Assembly: GCA_947073045.1 (NCBI GenBank)
Contig: CAMTJU010000006.1
Coordinates: 2,159-66,158, forward strand
Direction: 5' to 3'
From: an uncultured Clostridia bacterium
GTDB lineage: Bacteria > Bacillota > Clostridia > Lachnospirales > CAMVHY01
DNA length: 64,000 nucleotides
Below, one piece after another: positions 36,236 to 48,363 of this stretch (the first letter of the stretch is position 1; every line of letters starts with the position of its first letter). Under the pieces are notes generated by a model, which worked only from the letters and a program-made list of their open reading frames with translations, was not told the DNA's origin and made no database searches. The position numbers and the translations under genes are program-made.

Positions 36236-36865
36236 ATGAAAAAAGCAATTCTTGCTAAAAAAATTGGCATGACTCAACTTTTTAATGAGAAAAGTGAGTT
36301 TGTTCCTGTTACTGTTTTAGAAGCAGGTCCTTGCAGTGTTATTCAAAAAAAATTAGTTGAAACTGATGGCTATAATGCAATTCAAGTTGGATTTATCGAT
36401 GCTAAGCCTAAAAATGTTATAAAACCTATTGCTGGTCATTTTAAAAAAGCTAATATTAATCCTAAAAAATTTATTCGTGAATTTAGATTGGATGATATAA
36501 GCGAATTTAATGTAGGCGATGAAATTAAGGTCGATATTTTTGTACAGGGTGACAAAGTTGATGCTATCGGCACGTCAAAAGGTAAGGGCTTTCAAGGTTC
36601 AATAAAACGTCACAATCATCACAGAGGCCCCATGGCTCATGGTTCGAAATATCATCGTGGTGTAGGTTCGATGAGTTCGGCAACTACTCCCGGTAAAGTT
36701 AAAAAAGGTAAAAAAATGCCTGGTCATATGGGTGCAAGACGTGTTACTGTTCAAAATCTTGAAGTTATTAAAGTTGATGTATCAAAAAATCTTTTGCTGT
36801 TAAAAGGTTCTGTGCCTGGACCTAAAGGTTCTTTGATTTTTATCAAAGACACTGTTAAGGCATAA
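36236..36865 (+). CDS. rplC: 50S ribosomal protein L3
   Basis: KKIGMTQLF ... [12 protein letters not shown]; operon order. Confidence 0.95.
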   Translation: MKKAILAKKIGMTQLFNEKSEFVPVTVLEAGPCSVIQKKLVETDGYNAIQVGFIDAKPKNVIKPIAGHFKKANINPKKFIREFRLDDISEFNVGDEIKVDIFVQGDKVDAIGTSKGKGFQGSIKRHNHHRGPMAHGSKYHRGVGSMSSATTPGKVKKGKKMPGHMGARRVTVQNLEVIKVDVSKNLLLLKGSVPGPKGSLIFIKDTVKA

Positions 36866-36887
36866 TTTTTAGGAAAGGAGATTAGAT

Positions 36888-37508
36888 ATGTCTACTGTTA
36901 CTGTTTTAAATATGAATGGCGAAGAAGTTGGAACTATGAAACTTGCCGATGATATCTTTAATGTTGAAGTAAATGAGCATGCAATGCATATGTCGGTTGT
37001 TCAGTATTTGGCTAACCAACGTCAGGGAACTAAATCTGCTAAAACTCGTGCGCAAGTTCGTGGCGGCGGTAGAAAACCTTGGCGTCAAAAAGGTACTGGA
37101 CGTGCAAGACAGGGTTCAATTCGTTCACCGCAATGGCGTGGAGGCGGTGTAGTGTTTGCACCAAAGCCTAGGGATTTTTCTTTCAAAATTAATAAGAAAA
37201 TAAAGAGATTGGCTTTGAAATCCGCGCTCAGTGTAAAAGTTAATGAAAATAAATTGCTTGTATTGGAAAAGCTTGAGCTTGCCGAGATTAAAACGAAGCA
37301 AATGAAGCAAGTGCTTACCAATATAAAAACTGATAATGCTTTAATTGTTATTGATAACAATGATAAAAATGTAATTTTGTCAGCAAGAAATTTACCATCA
37401 ATAAAAACTGCTTCTGCTAATACAATTAATGTGTATGATATTTTGAAATATGATAATTTAGTTGTAACCAAGGATGCAGTTAATAAAATTCAGGAGGTGT
37501 ACGCATAA
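36888..37508 (+). CDS. rplD: 50S ribosomal protein L4
   Basis: RGGGRKPWRQKGTGRARQGS. Confidence 0.95.
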   Translation: MSTVTVLNMNGEEVGTMKLADDIFNVEVNEHAMHMSVVQYLANQRQGTKSAKTRAQVRGGGRKPWRQKGTGRARQGSIRSPQWRGGGVVFAPKPRDFSFKINKKIKRLALKSALSVKVNENKLLVLEKLELAEIKTKQMKQVLTNIKTDNALIVIDNNDKNVILSARNLPSIKTASANTINVYDILKYDNLVVTKDAVNKIQEVYA

Positions 37509-37807
37509 TGGCAGATTTAAAATACTACGATATAATTTTAAAACCTATCATAACTGAAAAAGCCATGAATATGCTTAGCGAAAAAAAATATTGTTTTTAT
37601 GTGCACCCTGACGCAAATAAAATTCAAATTAAAGAAGCAGTAGAAAAAATGTTTGAGGGAGTTAAAGTCGACAGAGTTAATACAATGAATCTGCGCGGCA
37701 AAACTAAACGTCGCGGTAAAATTGTTGGTAGAACTCCCGACAGAAAAAAAGCTATTGTGAAATTAAAAGCGGATAGCAAAGAAATTGAATTGTTCCAGGG
37801 CATGTAA
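37508..37807 (+). CDS. rplW: 50S ribosomal protein L23
   Basis: YDIILKPIITEKAM; operon order. Confidence 0.95.
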   Translation: MADLKYYDIILKPIITEKAMNMLSEKKYCFYVHPDANKIQIKEAVEKMFEGVKVDRVNTMNLRGKTKRRGKIVGRTPDRKKAIVKLKADSKEIELFQGM

Positions 37808-37831
37808 AAAAAATGAGAGGAGTGAAAAGCT

Positions 37832-38662
37832 TTGGGTATTAAAAGATACAAACCGTATACACCATCAAGACGTCATATGACGGTATCAGATTTTGCTGAA
37901 ATTACGAAAAAAACTCCTGAAAAAAGTTTGTGTGTGCATTTGAAAAAGCATTCCGGTCGTAATAATCAAGGTAAGATTACCGTTCGTCATAAAGGTGGCG
38001 GTCATAAGATTAAATATAGAATAATAGACTTCAAGCGCAAAAAAGATGATATGTTTGCACAAGTTATAGGAATTGAATACGATCCAAATCGTAGCGCAAA
38101 TATTGCTTTATTAAAATATGAAGATGGCGTGAAAAGTTATATACTTGCTCCATTAAATCTAAAAGTTGGAGATAAGTTGATGAGTGGAGAAAATGCAGAA
38201 GTTCGTATTGGTAATTCACTGCCGCTTTCAAATATTCCTGTTGGTGCCGAGATTCATAATATAGAAATGAAACCGGGCAAAGGTGGACAATTAGTTCGCT
38301 CTGCAGGAAATGTTGCACAGTTAATGGCTAAGGAAGGAAAGTTTGCTACAATTAAACTTCCGTCTGGCGAAATGCGTATGGTTCCAATTAACTGTCGTGC
38401 AACCGTAGGTCAAATTGGAAATCTTGACAATGAATTGATTAACATTGGTAATGCCGGCAAGAAAAGACATATGGGAATTAGACCAACTGTTCGTGGTGCA
38501 GTTATGAACCCGAATGATCACCCACATGGTGGTGGTGAAGGAAAGAATCCTATTGGACGTCCGGGTCCATGTACTCCTTGGGGTAAACCAGCGCTTGGAT
38601 TTAAGACTCGTAAGAAAAATAAAGCTTCCAATAAATATATCATTCATCGCAGAAAAAAATAA
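37832..38662 (+). CDS. rplB: 50S ribosomal protein L2
   Basis: [20 protein letters not shown] ... [15 protein letters not shown] start. Confidence 0.95.
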   Translation: MGIKRYKPYTPSRRHMTVSDFAEITKKTPEKSLCVHLKKHSGRNNQGKITVRHKGGGHKIKYRIIDFKRKKDDMFAQVIGIEYDPNRSANIALLKYEDGVKSYILAPLNLKVGDKLMSGENAEVRIGNSLPLSNIPVGAEIHNIEMKPGKGGQLVRSAGNVAQLMAKEGKFATIKLPSGEMRMVPINCRATVGQIGNLDNELINIGNAGKKRHMGIRPTVRGAVMNPNDHPHGGGEGKNPIGRPGPCTPWGKPALGFKTRKKNKASNKYIIHRRKK

Positions 38663-38692
38663 TTTGTGAATGAGAAAGGAGAATGCAAATAA

Positions 38693-38977
38693 ATGAGCAG
38701 ATCTTTGAAAAAAGGACCATTTGCCGATAAACATTTATTGAAAAAAGTTGATGCGCTCAATGAAAAAAATGAAAAATCTGTAATAAAAACGTGGTCGCGT
38801 CGCTCAACTATTTTCCCAAGTTTTATCGGGCATACAATAGCTGTTCATGATGGACGCAAACATGTTCCGGTTTATATAACGGAAGATATGGTTGGACATA
38901 AACTTGGTGAATTTGTACCGACCAGAGTTTATAGAGGTCATGGTAAAAATGCCGAAAAGAAATCCAAAGTAAATTAA
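38693..38977 (+). CDS. rpsS: 30S ribosomal protein S19
   Basis: [12 protein letters not shown] ... [17 protein letters not shown]. Confidence 0.95.
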   Translation: MSRSLKKGPFADKHLLKKVDALNEKNEKSVIKTWSRRSTIFPSFIGHTIAVHDGRKHVPVYITEDMVGHKLGEFVPTRVYRGHGKNAEKKSKVN

Positions 38978-38997
38978 GAAAGGAGGATTTATAAAAA

Positions 38998-39393
38998 ATG
39001 TCTAAGGGCCACAGAAGTAAATATAAAAGATTAAGAAATGAAAACAGGGAAACTCGCCCTCATGCTATTTTGAGAAATATTCGTATTTCAGATTCAAAGG
39101 CTCGTATAGTTTTAAATGAGATTAAAGGAAAAGATGCAGCTCCTGCTTTAGCAATGTTAAATTATTCACCGCGTTATGCTTCGCACGTAATTGGTAAATT
39201 ATTAAAATCGGCAATGGCTAATGCAGAAAATAATATGGGACTCGATCCGAATAAATTATATATTGAAGAAGCATTTGCGGGCAGAGCTTCAATAATGAAA
39301 AGAATACGTCCTCGTGCAAAGGGTAGGGCATACGGAATTCAAAAACGTTTTTGCCACATTACTTTAATTTTAAATGAAAAGATAGGAGGTTAA
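38998..39393 (+). CDS. rplV: 50S ribosomal protein L22
   Basis: Operon position; [17 protein letters not shown]. Confidence 0.9.
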   Translation: MSKGHRSKYKRLRNENRETRPHAILRNIRISDSKARIVLNEIKGKDAAPALAMLNYSPRYASHVIGKLLKSAMANAENNMGLDPNKLYIEEAFAGRASIMKRIRPRAKGRAYGIQKRFCHITLILNEKIGG

Positions 39394-39395
39394 GA

Positions 39396-40070
39396 ATGGG
39401 ACAAAAGGTTAATCCTCACGGACTTCGAGTAGGTATTATAAAAGAATGGGATTCAGTATGGTTCTCAGAAAAAAATTTTAGTAAATATTTGCTCGAGGAT
39501 AACAACATTCGTAAGTTTGTAAAGAAAAAATTATTTCAATCAGGAGTTTCGAGAATCCAAATTCACAGAACTAATGATAAAATGCGTGTGACTATCTCTA
39601 CTGCTAAGCCTGGTATTGTAATTGGACGCAATGGTCAAGCTATTACGGAATTGACTCAGGAAATTCAAAAATTTACTGATCAAAAAGTTTCGGTTAGTAT
39701 TGATGAAATTAAAAGAGCTGAATTAGATGCACAACTTTGTGCTGAAGATATTGCTAAACAACTTGAAAATCGTGTGACTTTCAGACGCGCTATGCGCCAG
39801 GTAATGAATCGTTCAATGAAGGCTGGAGTTAAAGGAATAAAAACTTCTGTATCGGGACGATTGGGCGGAGCTGATATGGCTCGTACTGAACATTATCATG
39901 AAGGAACTATTCCTCTTCAAACTCTGCGTGCCGATATTGATTATGGATTTGCAGAGGCCGATACTACTTACGGTAAAATTGGTGTGAAAGTTTGGATGTA
40001 TAAAGGTGAAGTTCTTCCTGAAAAAAATGTGAAGGGAGAGAAAAAAAATGTTAATGCCAAAAAGAGTTAA
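39396..40070 (+). CDS. rpsC: 30S ribosomal protein S3
   Basis: [14 protein letters not shown] ... [12 protein letters not shown]. Confidence 0.95.
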   Translation: MGQKVNPHGLRVGIIKEWDSVWFSEKNFSKYLLEDNNIRKFVKKKLFQSGVSRIQIHRTNDKMRVTISTAKPGIVIGRNGQAITELTQEIQKFTDQKVSVSIDEIKRAELDAQLCAEDIAKQLENRVTFRRAMRQVMNRSMKAGVKGIKTSVSGRLGGADMARTEHYHEGTIPLQTLRADIDYGFAEADTTYGKIGVKVWMYKGEVLPEKNVKGEKKNVNAKKS

Positions 40071-40482
40071 GAGACGCAAACAATTTAGAGGTAGAATGAA
40101 AGGTCAAGCTTATCGCGGTAATAAAATTAATTATGGAGATTTTGGAATCGTAGCGATGGAACCGTGTTGGGTTACATCAAATCAAATCGAAGCTGCCCGT
40201 ATTGCAATGACAAGATTTATAAAACGTGGCGGTAAGGTTTGGATTAAAATTTTCCCGGATAAGCCGGTAACTCAAAAACCTGCTGAAACTCGTATGGGTA
40301 GCGGTAAAGGTTCACCGGAATATTGGGTAGCAGTTGTAAAACCAGGTCGAGTTATGTTTGAACTTGGAGGAGTTGCAGAAGATATTGCGCGTGAAGCATT
40401 AAGACTTGCCACTCATAAATTGCCTTTGAAATGCAAAATAATTTCTCGCAAGGAACAGGAAGGTGATAGCGTTGAAAACTAA
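40048..40482 (+). CDS. rplP: 50S ribosomal protein L16
   Basis: [19 protein letters not shown]. Confidence 0.95.
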   Translation: MLMPKRVKRRKQFRGRMKGQAYRGNKINYGDFGIVAMEPCWVTSNQIEAARIAMTRFIKRGGKVWIKIFPDKPVTQKPAETRMGSGKGSPEYWVAVVKPGRVMFELGGVAEDIAREALRLATHKLPLKCKIISRKEQEGDSVEN

Positions 40483-40678
40483 AGCATATTTGGAAGAGTT
40501 AAGAAACAAAACACAAGATGAATTAAAAATGGATTTAGTTTCAGCGAAAAAAGAATTATTCAATTTGAGATTCCAGAATGTAACAAATCAATTGGATAAT
40601 ACCGCAAGAATTAATCAGGTTAGAAAAAATATTGCGCGTATACAAACGATAATGACGCAAAAAAAAATTAGTGGCTAA
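40472..40678 (+). CDS. rpmC: 50S ribosomal protein L29
   Basis: [27 protein letters not shown]. Start taken at TTG 40472 after GGAAGGTGA; the track opens at GTG 40463. Confidence 0.85.
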   Translation: MKTKAYLEELRNKTQDELKMDLVSAKKELFNLRFQNVTNQLDNTARINQVRKNIARIQTIMTQKKISG

Positions 40679-40698
40679 AGTCGAGGGGAGTTGAGTTA

Positions 40699-40959
40699 AT
40701 GTCAGAAGAAAGAAATCTTCGCAGAACTATTATTGGTAAAGTTGTCAGCGATAAAATGGATAAGACAATAGTAGTAGCAGTTGTTCGAAATGTAAAACAT
40801 CCGCTTTATAAAAAAATAATGAAGCGTACTAAAAAATTTAAAGCTCATGACGAAAATAATGAGTGCAAAATTGGTGATACTGTGAAATTAATGGAAACTC
40901 GTCCGCTCTCTAAAGAAAAATGTTGGAGATTAGTTTCTATCGTTGAAAAAGCAAAATAA
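40699..40959 (+). CDS. rpsQ: 30S ribosomal protein S17
   Basis: [16 protein letters not shown] ... HPLYKK. Confidence 0.95.
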   Translation: MSEERNLRRTIIGKVVSDKMDKTIVVAVVRNVKHPLYKKIMKRTKKFKAHDENNECKIGDTVKLMETRPLSKEKCWRLVSIVEKAK

Positions 40960-40980
40960 TTATGAAAGGAGTGCTTATCC

Positions 40981-41352
40981 TTGATACAGCAAGAATCTAG
41001 ATTAATTGCTGCTGATAATTCTGGTGCTAAGGAATTATTATGTATACGAGTTCTTGGCGGTTCAAAACGTAAGTGGGGAAATGTTGGAGATGTTATTGTA
41101 GCGGCAGTAAAAGATGCAGTGCCAGGTGGCGGTATCGTTAAAAAAAGTGATGTCGTTAAAGCCGTTATCGTTCGTACAAAACGTGGCGTAGCTAGAAAAG
41201 ATGGTTCACATATTAGATTTGACGATAATGCGGCAGTTATTATAAAAGATGATAAAACGCCAAGAGGTACTAGAATTTTTGGACCGGTAGCACGTGAATT
41301 AAGAGACAAAGGTTTTATGAGAATTATTTCTCTTGCGCCGGAAGTTTTATAA
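40981..41352 (+). CDS. rplN: 50S ribosomal protein L14
   Basis: [20 protein letters not shown] start. Confidence 0.95.
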   Translation: MIQQESRLIAADNSGAKELLCIRVLGGSKRKWGNVGDVIVAAVKDAVPGGGIVKKSDVVKAVIVRTKRGVARKDGSHIRFDDNAAVIIKDDKTPRGTRIFGPVARELRDKGFMRIISLAPEVL

Positions 41353-41374
41353 ATGAAATATGGAGGTGTGAAAT

Positions 41375-41734
41375 TTGCCAAGGCAAAAAAAAATTACCGG
41401 ATATAAAATGAAATTGAAAAAGGGCGATTTGGTTAGAGTCATTGCCGGAAAAGATAAAGGGCGTGACGGAAAAATTTTGGTTGCCGACAGAAAGAAAAAT
41501 CGTGTAATTGTTGAAGGTATAAATATGATTACGAAGCATCAAAAACCAAATGCCATGCATCCTCAAGGTGGATTAATAAAAAAAGAAGCCGCAATTCATG
41601 TTTCAAATGTTATGTATTTGCATAACGGGGTACCGACAAAAATCGGTTATAAATTAGAAACTGCAGTTAAAGACGGAAAAAATGTTACCGTCAAAAAAAG
41701 AATTGCGAAAAAAACCGGTGAGGTTATAGATTAA
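41375..41734 (+). CDS. rplX: 50S ribosomal protein L24
   Basis: [15 protein letters not shown] (KOW). TTG 41375 follows a strong GGAGGTG RBS; the alternative ATG 41408 has a poor RBS. Confidence 0.85.
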   Translation: MPRQKKITGYKMKLKKGDLVRVIAGKDKGRDGKILVADRKKNRVIVEGINMITKHQKPNAMHPQGGLIKKEAAIHVSNVMYLHNGVPTKIGYKLETAVKDGKNVTVKKRIAKKTGEVID

Positions 41735-41756
41735 TTAAGAAAGGAGGTTAAAGTAA

Positions 41757-42296
41757 TTGAGTCGCTTGAAAGAAATTTATCAAAATGAAATTATGCCGGC
41801 TATGACTAAAAAATTTGGTTATAAAAATAAAATGGCTGTTCCTAAAATCGATAAAATAATTTTGAATATAGGAATGGGCGAGAGCAAAGATAATGCTAAA
41901 GCTTTAGAAAATGCTTCAAACGATATTGCTATTATTACCGGCCAAAGACCTATTGTGACTAAAGCTAAAAAATCTATCGCGGCTTTCAAACTTCGTACGG
42001 GCATGCCAATCGGTTGCAAAGTTACATTGCGTGGTGAAAAAATGCTCGGATTCCTCGATAGATTAATTAATGTTGCACTGCCGCGTGTTCGTGATTTTCA
42101 TGGCGTTAATGGAAATTCATTTGACGGACGTGGTAATTATTCATTGGGTTTGAAAGAACAACTTATTTTCCCTGAAATTCAATATGATAAAATTGATAAG
42201 ATTCGCGGAATGAATGTTGTTATTGTAACGACTGCTAAAAATGATGAACAGGCAAAAGAATTATTAAGTTTATACGGAATGCCGTTTAAAAAATAA
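41757..42296 (+). CDS. rplE: 50S ribosomal protein L5
   Basis: [12 protein letters not shown] ... [18 protein letters not shown] start. Confidence 0.95.
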   Translation: MSRLKEIYQNEIMPAMTKKFGYKNKMAVPKIDKIILNIGMGESKDNAKALENASNDIAIITGQRPIVTKAKKSIAAFKLRTGMPIGCKVTLRGEKMLGFLDRLINVALPRVRDFHGVNGNSFDGRGNYSLGLKEQLIFPEIQYDKIDKIRGMNVVIVTTAKNDEQAKELLSLYGMPFKK

Positions 42297-42311
42297 TATG
42301 GAGGCTGAGTA

Positions 42312-42497
42312 ATGGCTAAAAAATCTATGATAGCTAAACAAAAAAGAACTCCTAAATTTTCTACTCGTGCTTATACCCGTTGTAATATTTGCGGACGTCC
42401 GCACGCTGTCCTTAGAAAATTTGGAATATGTCGTATTTGTTTTAGAGATTTAGCTTATAAGGGACAAATCCCCGGTGTTAAAAAAGCAAGTTGGTAA
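42312..42497 (+). CDS. rpsN: 30S ribosomal protein S14, zinc-binding type Z (61 aa)
   Basis: [20 protein letters not shown]. Confidence 0.95.
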   Translation: MAKKSMIAKQKRTPKFSTRAYTRCNICGRPHAVLRKFGICRICFRDLAYKGQIPGVKKASW

Positions 42498-42521
42498 AAT
42501 GATGAAGGGAGGTATTTTTAA

Positions 42522-42923
42522 ATGTCAATGAGTGATCCAATTGCGGATATGCTTACAAGAATAAGAAATGCAAATGATGCAAAACACAAAAGTGTTGATA
42601 TTCCTTCGTCAAAAATTAAAATCGCTATTGCAGATATTTTGATTAAAGAAGGTTATATAAATAGTTATGAAATAATAGGCGACGAAGTGAAAAAAAATAT
42701 CCGTATCCAATTGAAATACGGTGAAAATAAAAATGAACGCGTTATCAATGGCTTGAAAAGAATTTCTAAACCAGGTTTGAGAATTTATGCCGGTTGTGAC
42801 GAAATTCCAAGAGTTCTTGGTGGACTTGGTATCGCTATTGTTTCTACCAACAAAGGTATTATTACTGACAAAGAAGCTCGTATGTTTGGTGTTGGTGGAG
42901 AAGTTTTAGCGTTTGTTTGGTAA
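42522..42923 (+). CDS. rpsH: 30S ribosomal protein S8
   Basis: [17 protein letters not shown]. Confidence 0.95.
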   Translation: MSMSDPIADMLTRIRNANDAKHKSVDIPSSKIKIAIADILIKEGYINSYEIIGDEVKKNIRIQLKYGENKNERVINGLKRISKPGLRIYAGCDEIPRVLGGLGIAIVSTNKGIITDKEARMFGVGGEVLAFVW

Positions 42924-42948
42924 AAAAAATTTAGGGAGGTGTAAAAAA

Positions 42949-43488
42949 ATGTCGCGTATAGGTAAACAACCTATTGATATCCCAACAGGTGTCGAAATTA
43001 AAATCGATGAATCAAATTTTATTAGCGTTAAAGGTCCAAAAGGAATTCTTGAAAGAAAATTGGCTGACGGTTTGAAAATTGAACAGGTTGATAATAAAAT
43101 TATCGTTTCAAGACCTAACGATTTGAAAAAATTTAGAGCGCTTCATGGTTTGACTCGTACCTTGATAAATAATATGGTTATTGGTGTGACTCAAGGGTTT
43201 TCAAAAATTTTAGAAATTAACGGTGTTGGATATAGAGCTGCTAAATCCGGTAATAAATTAACTTTAACTCTTGGTTATTCTCATCCGGTGATTATGTTTG
43301 ACCCGGAAGGTTTATCTACTTGTGTTGATCAAAACAAAATTACTGTGTCGGGGTTGGACAAAGAAAAAGTTGGTCAGTATGTAGCGGATATCAGATCAAA
43401 ACGTGCGCCTGAACCTTATAAGGGCAAAGGTATTAAATATTTGGATGAGAGAATCAGAAGAAAAGTTGGTAAGACTGGTAAAAAATAA
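42949..43488 (+). CDS. rplF: 50S ribosomal protein L6
   Basis: [12 protein letters not shown] after AGGGAGGTG. The track ORF opens 36 nt earlier. Confidence 0.9.
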   Translation: MSRIGKQPIDIPTGVEIKIDESNFISVKGPKGILERKLADGLKIEQVDNKIIVSRPNDLKKFRALHGLTRTLINNMVIGVTQGFSKILEINGVGYRAAKSGNKLTLTLGYSHPVIMFDPEGLSTCVDQNKITVSGLDKEKVGQYVADIRSKRAPEPYKGKGIKYLDERIRRKVGKTGKK

Positions 43489-43506
43489 TGAAAGGAGTTA
43501 GGATTA

Positions 43507-43875
43507 ATGATAAAAAAAGAGTCTCGTAACGCTGCCAGATTAAAACGGCATATGAGAATTCGCTCTAATTTGTCGGGTACAGCTCAAAAGCCCAGAATGT
43601 GTGTATTTAGATCAAATAAATATCTTTACGTACAAATCATAGATGATACTGTGGGAAACACATTAACTGCAGCTTCGACTAAAGAAAAAACTGTTGCAGC
43701 TAATTTGAAAAATACTTCTAATATTGAAGCGGCAGATTTTTTAGGCAAAGAAATTGCAAAGCGCGCGTTGGAAAAAGGTATCGATACTATTGTTTTTGAT
43801 CGCGGTGGCTATGCATATCATGGAAAAATAAAAGCTTTGGCTGATGCGGCACGTTCTGCAGGTTTGAAATTTTAA
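43507..43875 (+). CDS. rplR: 50S ribosomal protein L18
   Basis: [19 protein letters not shown] ... [17 protein letters not shown]. Confidence 0.95.
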   Translation: MIKKESRNAARLKRHMRIRSNLSGTAQKPRMCVFRSNKYLYVQIIDDTVGNTLTAASTKEKTVAANLKNTSNIEAADFLGKEIAKRALEKGIDTIVFDRGGYAYHGKIKALADAARSAGLKF

Positions 43876-43895
43876 AATTGGAAGGAGGGAAATTT

Positions 43896-44414
43896 TTGAA
43901 TAAGATTGATGCAGATAGTTTGGATTTGAAAGACAAAGTTGTTACAATTAATCGTGTTACTAAAGTTGTTAAAGGCGGTAGAAATTTTAGGTTTGCAGCT
44001 TTAGTGGTAGTAGGCGATGAAAACGGACATGTTGGAGTTGGTTTGGGAAAAGCTTCTGAAGTTGTAGAGGCAATCCGTAAAGGCAAAGAAGATGCAAAGA
44101 AAAATTTAATTTATATCGAACGCAATTCACATGACAGTATATATCATGAAGTCATTGGAAAATTCGGTAGCTCTAGTGTTTTAATGAAGCCAGCGGCAGA
44201 AGGTACTGGAGTTATTGCTGGAGGTCCTGTTCGTATAGTTATGGAGCTTGCTGGAATAAGAAACATTCGTACAAAATCTATTGGCTCAAATAATAAACGC
44301 AATGTTGTAAATGCAACAATGGAAGGATTAAAAAATATCATGACTCCAAAGCAAATTGCAAGATTGCGTGGCAAATCTATAGAAGAAATATTAGGAGGTA
44401 TTAAAATTGCCTAG
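43896..44414 (+). CDS. rpsE: 30S ribosomal protein S5
   Basis: [30 protein letters not shown] 43896 after GGAAGGAGGG; the track opens at 43878. Confidence 0.9.
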   Translation: MNKIDADSLDLKDKVVTINRVTKVVKGGRNFRFAALVVVGDENGHVGVGLGKASEVVEAIRKGKEDAKKNLIYIERNSHDSIYHEVIGKFGSSSVLMKPAAEGTGVIAGGPVRIVMELAGIRNIRTKSIGSNNKRNVVNATMEGLKNIMTPKQIARLRGKSIEEILGGIKIA

Positions 44415-44592
44415 TGATAATTTGAAAATAACGTTAATAAAATCTCAGATAGGCGCACTTCCTAAACAAAAAAAAATTTTAGAGGCGCTTGGTCTTAGAA
44501 AATTAAATAGTTCTACCGTTCAACAAAATAATCCTGCAATTTTAGGTATGATTGAAAAAGTATCTCATATGGTAAAGGTTGAAAATTTATAG
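44407..44592 (+). CDS. rpmD: 50S ribosomal protein L30
   Basis: [11 protein letters not shown] ... [15 protein letters not shown] start. Confidence 0.9.
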   Translation: MPSDNLKITLIKSQIGALPKQKKILEALGLRKLNSSTVQQNNPAILGMIEKVSHMVKVENL

Positions 44593-44610
44593 AAAAAGGA
44601 GGCGAATTAT

Positions 44611-45051
44611 ATGAAATTAAGCGATTTGAAACCGGCACCTGGTTCTAAAACTAAGGCATTTCGTCGAGGCAGAGGTCATGCTTCTGGTAACGGCAAAACT
44701 GCCGGAAAAGGTCATAAAGGTCAAAATGCTAGAAGTGGCGGCGGTGTAAGATTAGGTTTTGAGGGTGGACAAATGCCTCTTTATAGAAGAGTGCCTAAGC
44801 GTGGATTTAAATGCATTAATACAAAAAATATCGTTGCTTTGAATCTTAGGCTCCTTGAAAATTTTGAGGACAGTAGTATAATTGATTTTGCAGCTCTCAA
44901 ATCTAAAGGTCTTGTTAGTAAATTGCGTGACGGTATAAAAATTTTGGGTACTGGCGATGTTACTAAAAAATTTACTGTGCGTGCTAATTATTTTAGTAAG
45001 GTAGCAAAAGAAAAAATTGAGGCTGCAGGCGGAAAAGCTGAGGTGGTTTAA
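44611..45051 (+). CDS. rplO: 50S ribosomal protein L15
   Basis: [12 protein letters not shown] ... [15 protein letters not shown]. Confidence 0.95.
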   Translation: MKLSDLKPAPGSKTKAFRRGRGHASGNGKTAGKGHKGQNARSGGGVRLGFEGGQMPLYRRVPKRGFKCINTKNIVALNLRLLENFEDSSIIDFAALKSKGLVSKLRDGIKILGTGDVTKKFTVRANYFSKVAKEKIEAAGGKAEVV

Positions 45052-46302
45052 TTGTTTAAAACTTTTGCGAAAGCTTGGAATATAAAAGATGTACGCAGAA
45101 GATTGATTTGTATTTTTATTGCTCTTCTTGTTTATAGATTGGGAGCACATGTTTATTTGCCGGCAATGGATTTAAATTTGATTGCCGCTGCAAAAGCCGG
45201 TATAACTTCTCAACAATCTCTTTTTTCTATTATTGCTGGCGGTGGATACGCTTCAATCTTTGCATTGGGAATTGGTCCGTACATTACGGCTTCAATTATT
45301 TTGCAATTATTAACTGTGGCAATTCCAAAGCTTGAACAGATTAAAAAAGAAGGCGAAGAAGGACGCAAGAAAATTGATCAGTATACAAGAATTACTGCTA
45401 TTCTTTTGTCAATCATGCAAGGTGCAGGTTACGTCTTTACTTTAAAAGATATGTTCGTGTACAAAAATATGTTTGTATATTTTATGGCACTAACTGCTCT
45501 TGTTACCGGTTCAATTTTTGTAATGTGGCTCGGTGAATTTTTAAACGAGTTCGGTATTGGAAATGGGTCTTCTTTTATTATTTTTGCTAATATTTTGTCT
45601 GGACTGCCAACTGGTATTATGTCTTTATATTTTTATGGTAGTGGCGCTGATATTTATAATTGGATTAAAGTTGCAGTGTTAGTTGTTTTGTTTGTTATTA
45701 TAATTGGATTTGTAGTTTGGGTGCAGGATGGCGAGCGCAGAATCCCAGTTCAGTATTCAAAAAAAATGGTTGGCCAATTTGCAGGGAATAACAATTCTTA
45801 TATTCCTATCAAAGTTAATATTGCCGGTGTAATGTCGATAATCTTTGCAATTTCACTCTTGCAATTTCCGACGACCATTCATCAAATATGGAAATCGGCT
45901 AAGCTTGAAAAATTAATTAATTTCTTATCGATAACAAATCCGTGGGGTACTCTTATATATATTTTCCTTATCTTTTGCTTTACTTTTTTTTATACTTCAT
46001 TTGCTATTAATCCAATTGAAATGGCTGAGAATATGAAAAAGAATGGCGGATTTATTCCTGGAATTCGTCCGGGTAAATCAACTTCTGATTATATTCAAAC
46101 TACCGTTGACAGATTATCATGGATTGGTGCAGTATTTTATTCAATAATTGCTATAATGCCTGTTGTTTTTCAATGGATATTTGGATTTAGAGTTGGTTTT
46201 GGAGGTACAACTTTATTGATTGTAACGGGAGTTGCCCTCGAGATTATTAAACAGCTTGAATCTCAATTGTTAATGCGGCATTATAAAGGTTTCTTAAGTT
46301 AA
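45052..46302 (+). CDS. secY: preprotein translocase subunit SecY
   Basis: 416-aa polytopic protein; GIGPYITASIILQLL; TTG start directly after the rplO stop. Confidence 0.95.
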   Translation: MFKTFAKAWNIKDVRRRLICIFIALLVYRLGAHVYLPAMDLNLIAAAKAGITSQQSLFSIIAGGGYASIFALGIGPYITASIILQLLTVAIPKLEQIKKEGEEGRKKIDQYTRITAILLSIMQGAGYVFTLKDMFVYKNMFVYFMALTALVTGSIFVMWLGEFLNEFGIGNGSSFIIFANILSGLPTGIMSLYFYGSGADIYNWIKVAVLVVLFVIIIGFVVWVQDGERRIPVQYSKKMVGQFAGNNNSYIPIKVNIAGVMSIIFAISLLQFPTTIHQIWKSAKLEKLINFLSITNPWGTLIYIFLIFCFTFFYTSFAINPIEMAENMKKNGGFIPGIRPGKSTSDYIQTTVDRLSWIGAVFYSIIAIMPVVFQWIFGFRVGFGGTTLLIVTGVALEIIKQLESQLLMRHYKGFLS

Positions 46303-46319
46303 AGAAACGGGGTTGTAAA

Positions 46320-46961
46320 ATGAATTTAATTGTATTGGGAGCGCCGGGCGCCGGCAAAGGTACTCAAGCTAGATCACTTGCTCAAAAATTTAATCTTAAA
46401 CATATATCGACAGGTGATTTATTACGAAAGAAAGTTAATTCAAAATCGGATATCGGTTTAAAAATAAGCAGCTTAATAAATAAAGGAATGCTTGTATCCG
46501 ATGAATTGGCTACTCAATTATTAAAAGAAGAATTGCCTAAAGAAAATTTTATTTTGGATGGATATCCGCGCACGCTTAATCAAGCTAAAATTTTAGATGA
46601 TATGAATTTGAAAATTGATAAAGTTATATGCGTTGAAGTTAAAGACAAAATAATAGTTGAACGAATGTCGGGCAGAAAAATTTGTCCAAATTGTTCATCG
46701 ATGTATCATGATTTTTATCATCCACCTAATAAAATAAATGTGTGCGACAATTGCAATAGTAATTTAGTTCAGCGCGATGATGATAAAATGATGACAGTAC
46801 TGGATCGTCTGAAAATTTATCACGAATTAACTGAGCCTATAATAAATTTTTATGCGGCAAAAAAAATTTTATTGCGTGTCGATGGAACCGATTCTATAAA
46901 TAAAATTACCGAATTTATTATAAATAGGTTGGAGGAATTTCAAAATGCCTATAACGATTAA
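46320..46961 (+). CDS. adk: adenylate kinase (zinc-lid type)
   Basis: GAPGAGKGTQ P-loop; lid CPNC ... CDNC. Confidence 0.95.
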   Translation: MNLIVLGAPGAGKGTQARSLAQKFNLKHISTGDLLRKKVNSKSDIGLKISSLINKGMLVSDELATQLLKEELPKENFILDGYPRTLNQAKILDDMNLKIDKVICVEVKDKIIVERMSGRKICPNCSSMYHDFYHPPNKINVCDNCNSNLVQRDDDKMMTVLDRLKIYHELTEPIINFYAAKKILLRVDGTDSINKITEFIINRLEEFQNAYND

Positions 46962-47700
46962 AAGTGATAGCGAAATAGAAAAAATGCGTTTGGCTGGAAA
47001 AGTTGTTGCTAAAACTCTTGAGTATCTTAAAAATAATATAACGGCAGGTGTGACAACAAAATATTTAAATCAAATTACCGATGAGTTTATCAAAAGTCAG
47101 AATGCTATCCCGTCTTTTAAAAATTATAATGGCTATCCAGCTTCTGTTTGTATTTCTATTAATGAAGAAGTTATTCACGGAATACCAAGCAAAAGAAAAT
47201 TAGTTGACGGCGATGTAGTTAGTGTAGACATTGGCGCAATTTTAAATGGATATCATGGCGACGCAGCAAGAACTTTTATTGTTGGCAAAACTTCAATTGA
47301 AAATCAAAAATTAGTTGATGTTACCCAAAAAAGTTTCTTTGAGGGAATTAAATTAGCTAAGGCGGGTAATCATTTGTTCGATATTTCAGCAGCTATTCAA
47401 GATTTTGTTGAGGCAAATGGTTTTTCAGTTGTAAAAGATTACGTCGGCCATGGAATAGGTACGCAAATGCATGAGGCACCTGAAATTCCTAATTATCGTC
47501 AGAACAGACGTGGTCCTAAATTGGAAAAAGGTATGACGTTAGCAATTGAGCCAATGGTGAATTTAGGAACTGATGAAATAATTTTGCTTGATGATGGCTG
47601 GACAGTTATAACGGCTGATAAAAAGTGCGCTGCGCATTACGAAAATACAATTTTAATAACTGATGGACAACCGGAAATTTTAACTGCTACGGATTTTTAA
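46945..47700 (+). CDS. map: type I methionine aminopeptidase
   Basis: VSVDIGAILNGYHGD ... GHGIG ... LAIEPM ... HYENT metal ligand pattern. Confidence 0.95.
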   Translation: MPITIKSDSEIEKMRLAGKVVAKTLEYLKNNITAGVTTKYLNQITDEFIKSQNAIPSFKNYNGYPASVCISINEEVIHGIPSKRKLVDGDVVSVDIGAILNGYHGDAARTFIVGKTSIENQKLVDVTQKSFFEGIKLAKAGNHLFDISAAIQDFVEANGFSVVKDYVGHGIGTQMHEAPEIPNYRQNRRGPKLEKGMTLAIEPMVNLGTDEIILLDDGWTVITADKKCAAHYENTILITDGQPEILTATDF

Positions 47701-47721
47701 AATGATAAGTGGTGATTATTT

Positions 47722-47976
47722 TTGATTGGCAATATTGTTTATTCCAAATGCGGTCACGATAAGGGAGATATTTTTATTGTGGTTGACGAAGATAATTTTT
47801 ATTATTATCTTGCAAATGGAAAACAAAGATTAGTTAGTCGGCCAAAGAAAAAAAAGATTAAGCACGTCCAACATACTAATTATTTTTGTAGCGAATTGAT
47901 TGATTTGATAAAGAATGGTAAATGCTTGGATGCTAATATTAGAAAATCTATTAAAAAATATGAGGAGCGTGAATAA
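47722..47976 (+). CDS. KOW-domain RNA-binding protein (map-infA intergenic gene typical of Clostridia)
   Basis: 84 aa; [22 protein letters not shown]-like; TTG start; position between map and infA. Confidence 0.65.
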   Translation: MIGNIVYSKCGHDKGDIFIVVDEDNFYYYLANGKQRLVSRPKKKKIKHVQHTNYFCSELIDLIKNGKCLDANIRKSIKKYEERE

Positions 47977-47978
47977 AC

Positions 47979-48197
47979 TTGTCAAAGGATGATGTGATTG
48001 AAGTCGAGGGTACTGTTGTAGAAAAATTACCTAATGCTGTTTTTAAAGTTGAGTTGCCTAATGGCCACCAAATTATTGCTCATATTTCAGGCAAGTTGCG
48101 TATGAACTTCATAAGGATCATTCCCGGTGATAAAGTTTTGGTAGAAATGTCTCCTTATGATCTTACTAAAGGCAGAATTGTTTGGCGCGATAAATAA
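47979..48197 (+). CDS. infA: translation initiation factor IF-1
   Basis: [33 protein letters not shown] start. Confidence 0.95.
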   Translation: MSKDDVIEVEGTVVEKLPNAVFKVELPNGHQIIAHISGKLRMNFIRIIPGDKVLVEMSPYDLTKGRIVWRDK

Positions 48198-48221
48198 TTT
48201 TTTTGGGGAAGGTGAATGAAA

Positions 48222-48335
48222 ATGAAGGTTAGGCCTTCGGTTAAACCAATTTGTGAAAAATGTAAAATTATTAAACGTAAAGGTGTTGTTCGTGTGATTT
48301 GCGAAAACCCTAAGCATAAACAACGTCAAGGTTAA
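48222..48335 (+). CDS. rpmJ: 50S ribosomal protein L36
   Basis: Hand translation [37 protein letters not shown] (37 aa). Too short for the ORF track. Confidence 0.95.
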   Translation: MKVRPSVKPICEKCKIIKRKGVVRVICENPKHKQRQG

Positions 48336-48363
48336 TTTTAAAATTGGAGGTGTATTTGTTTAA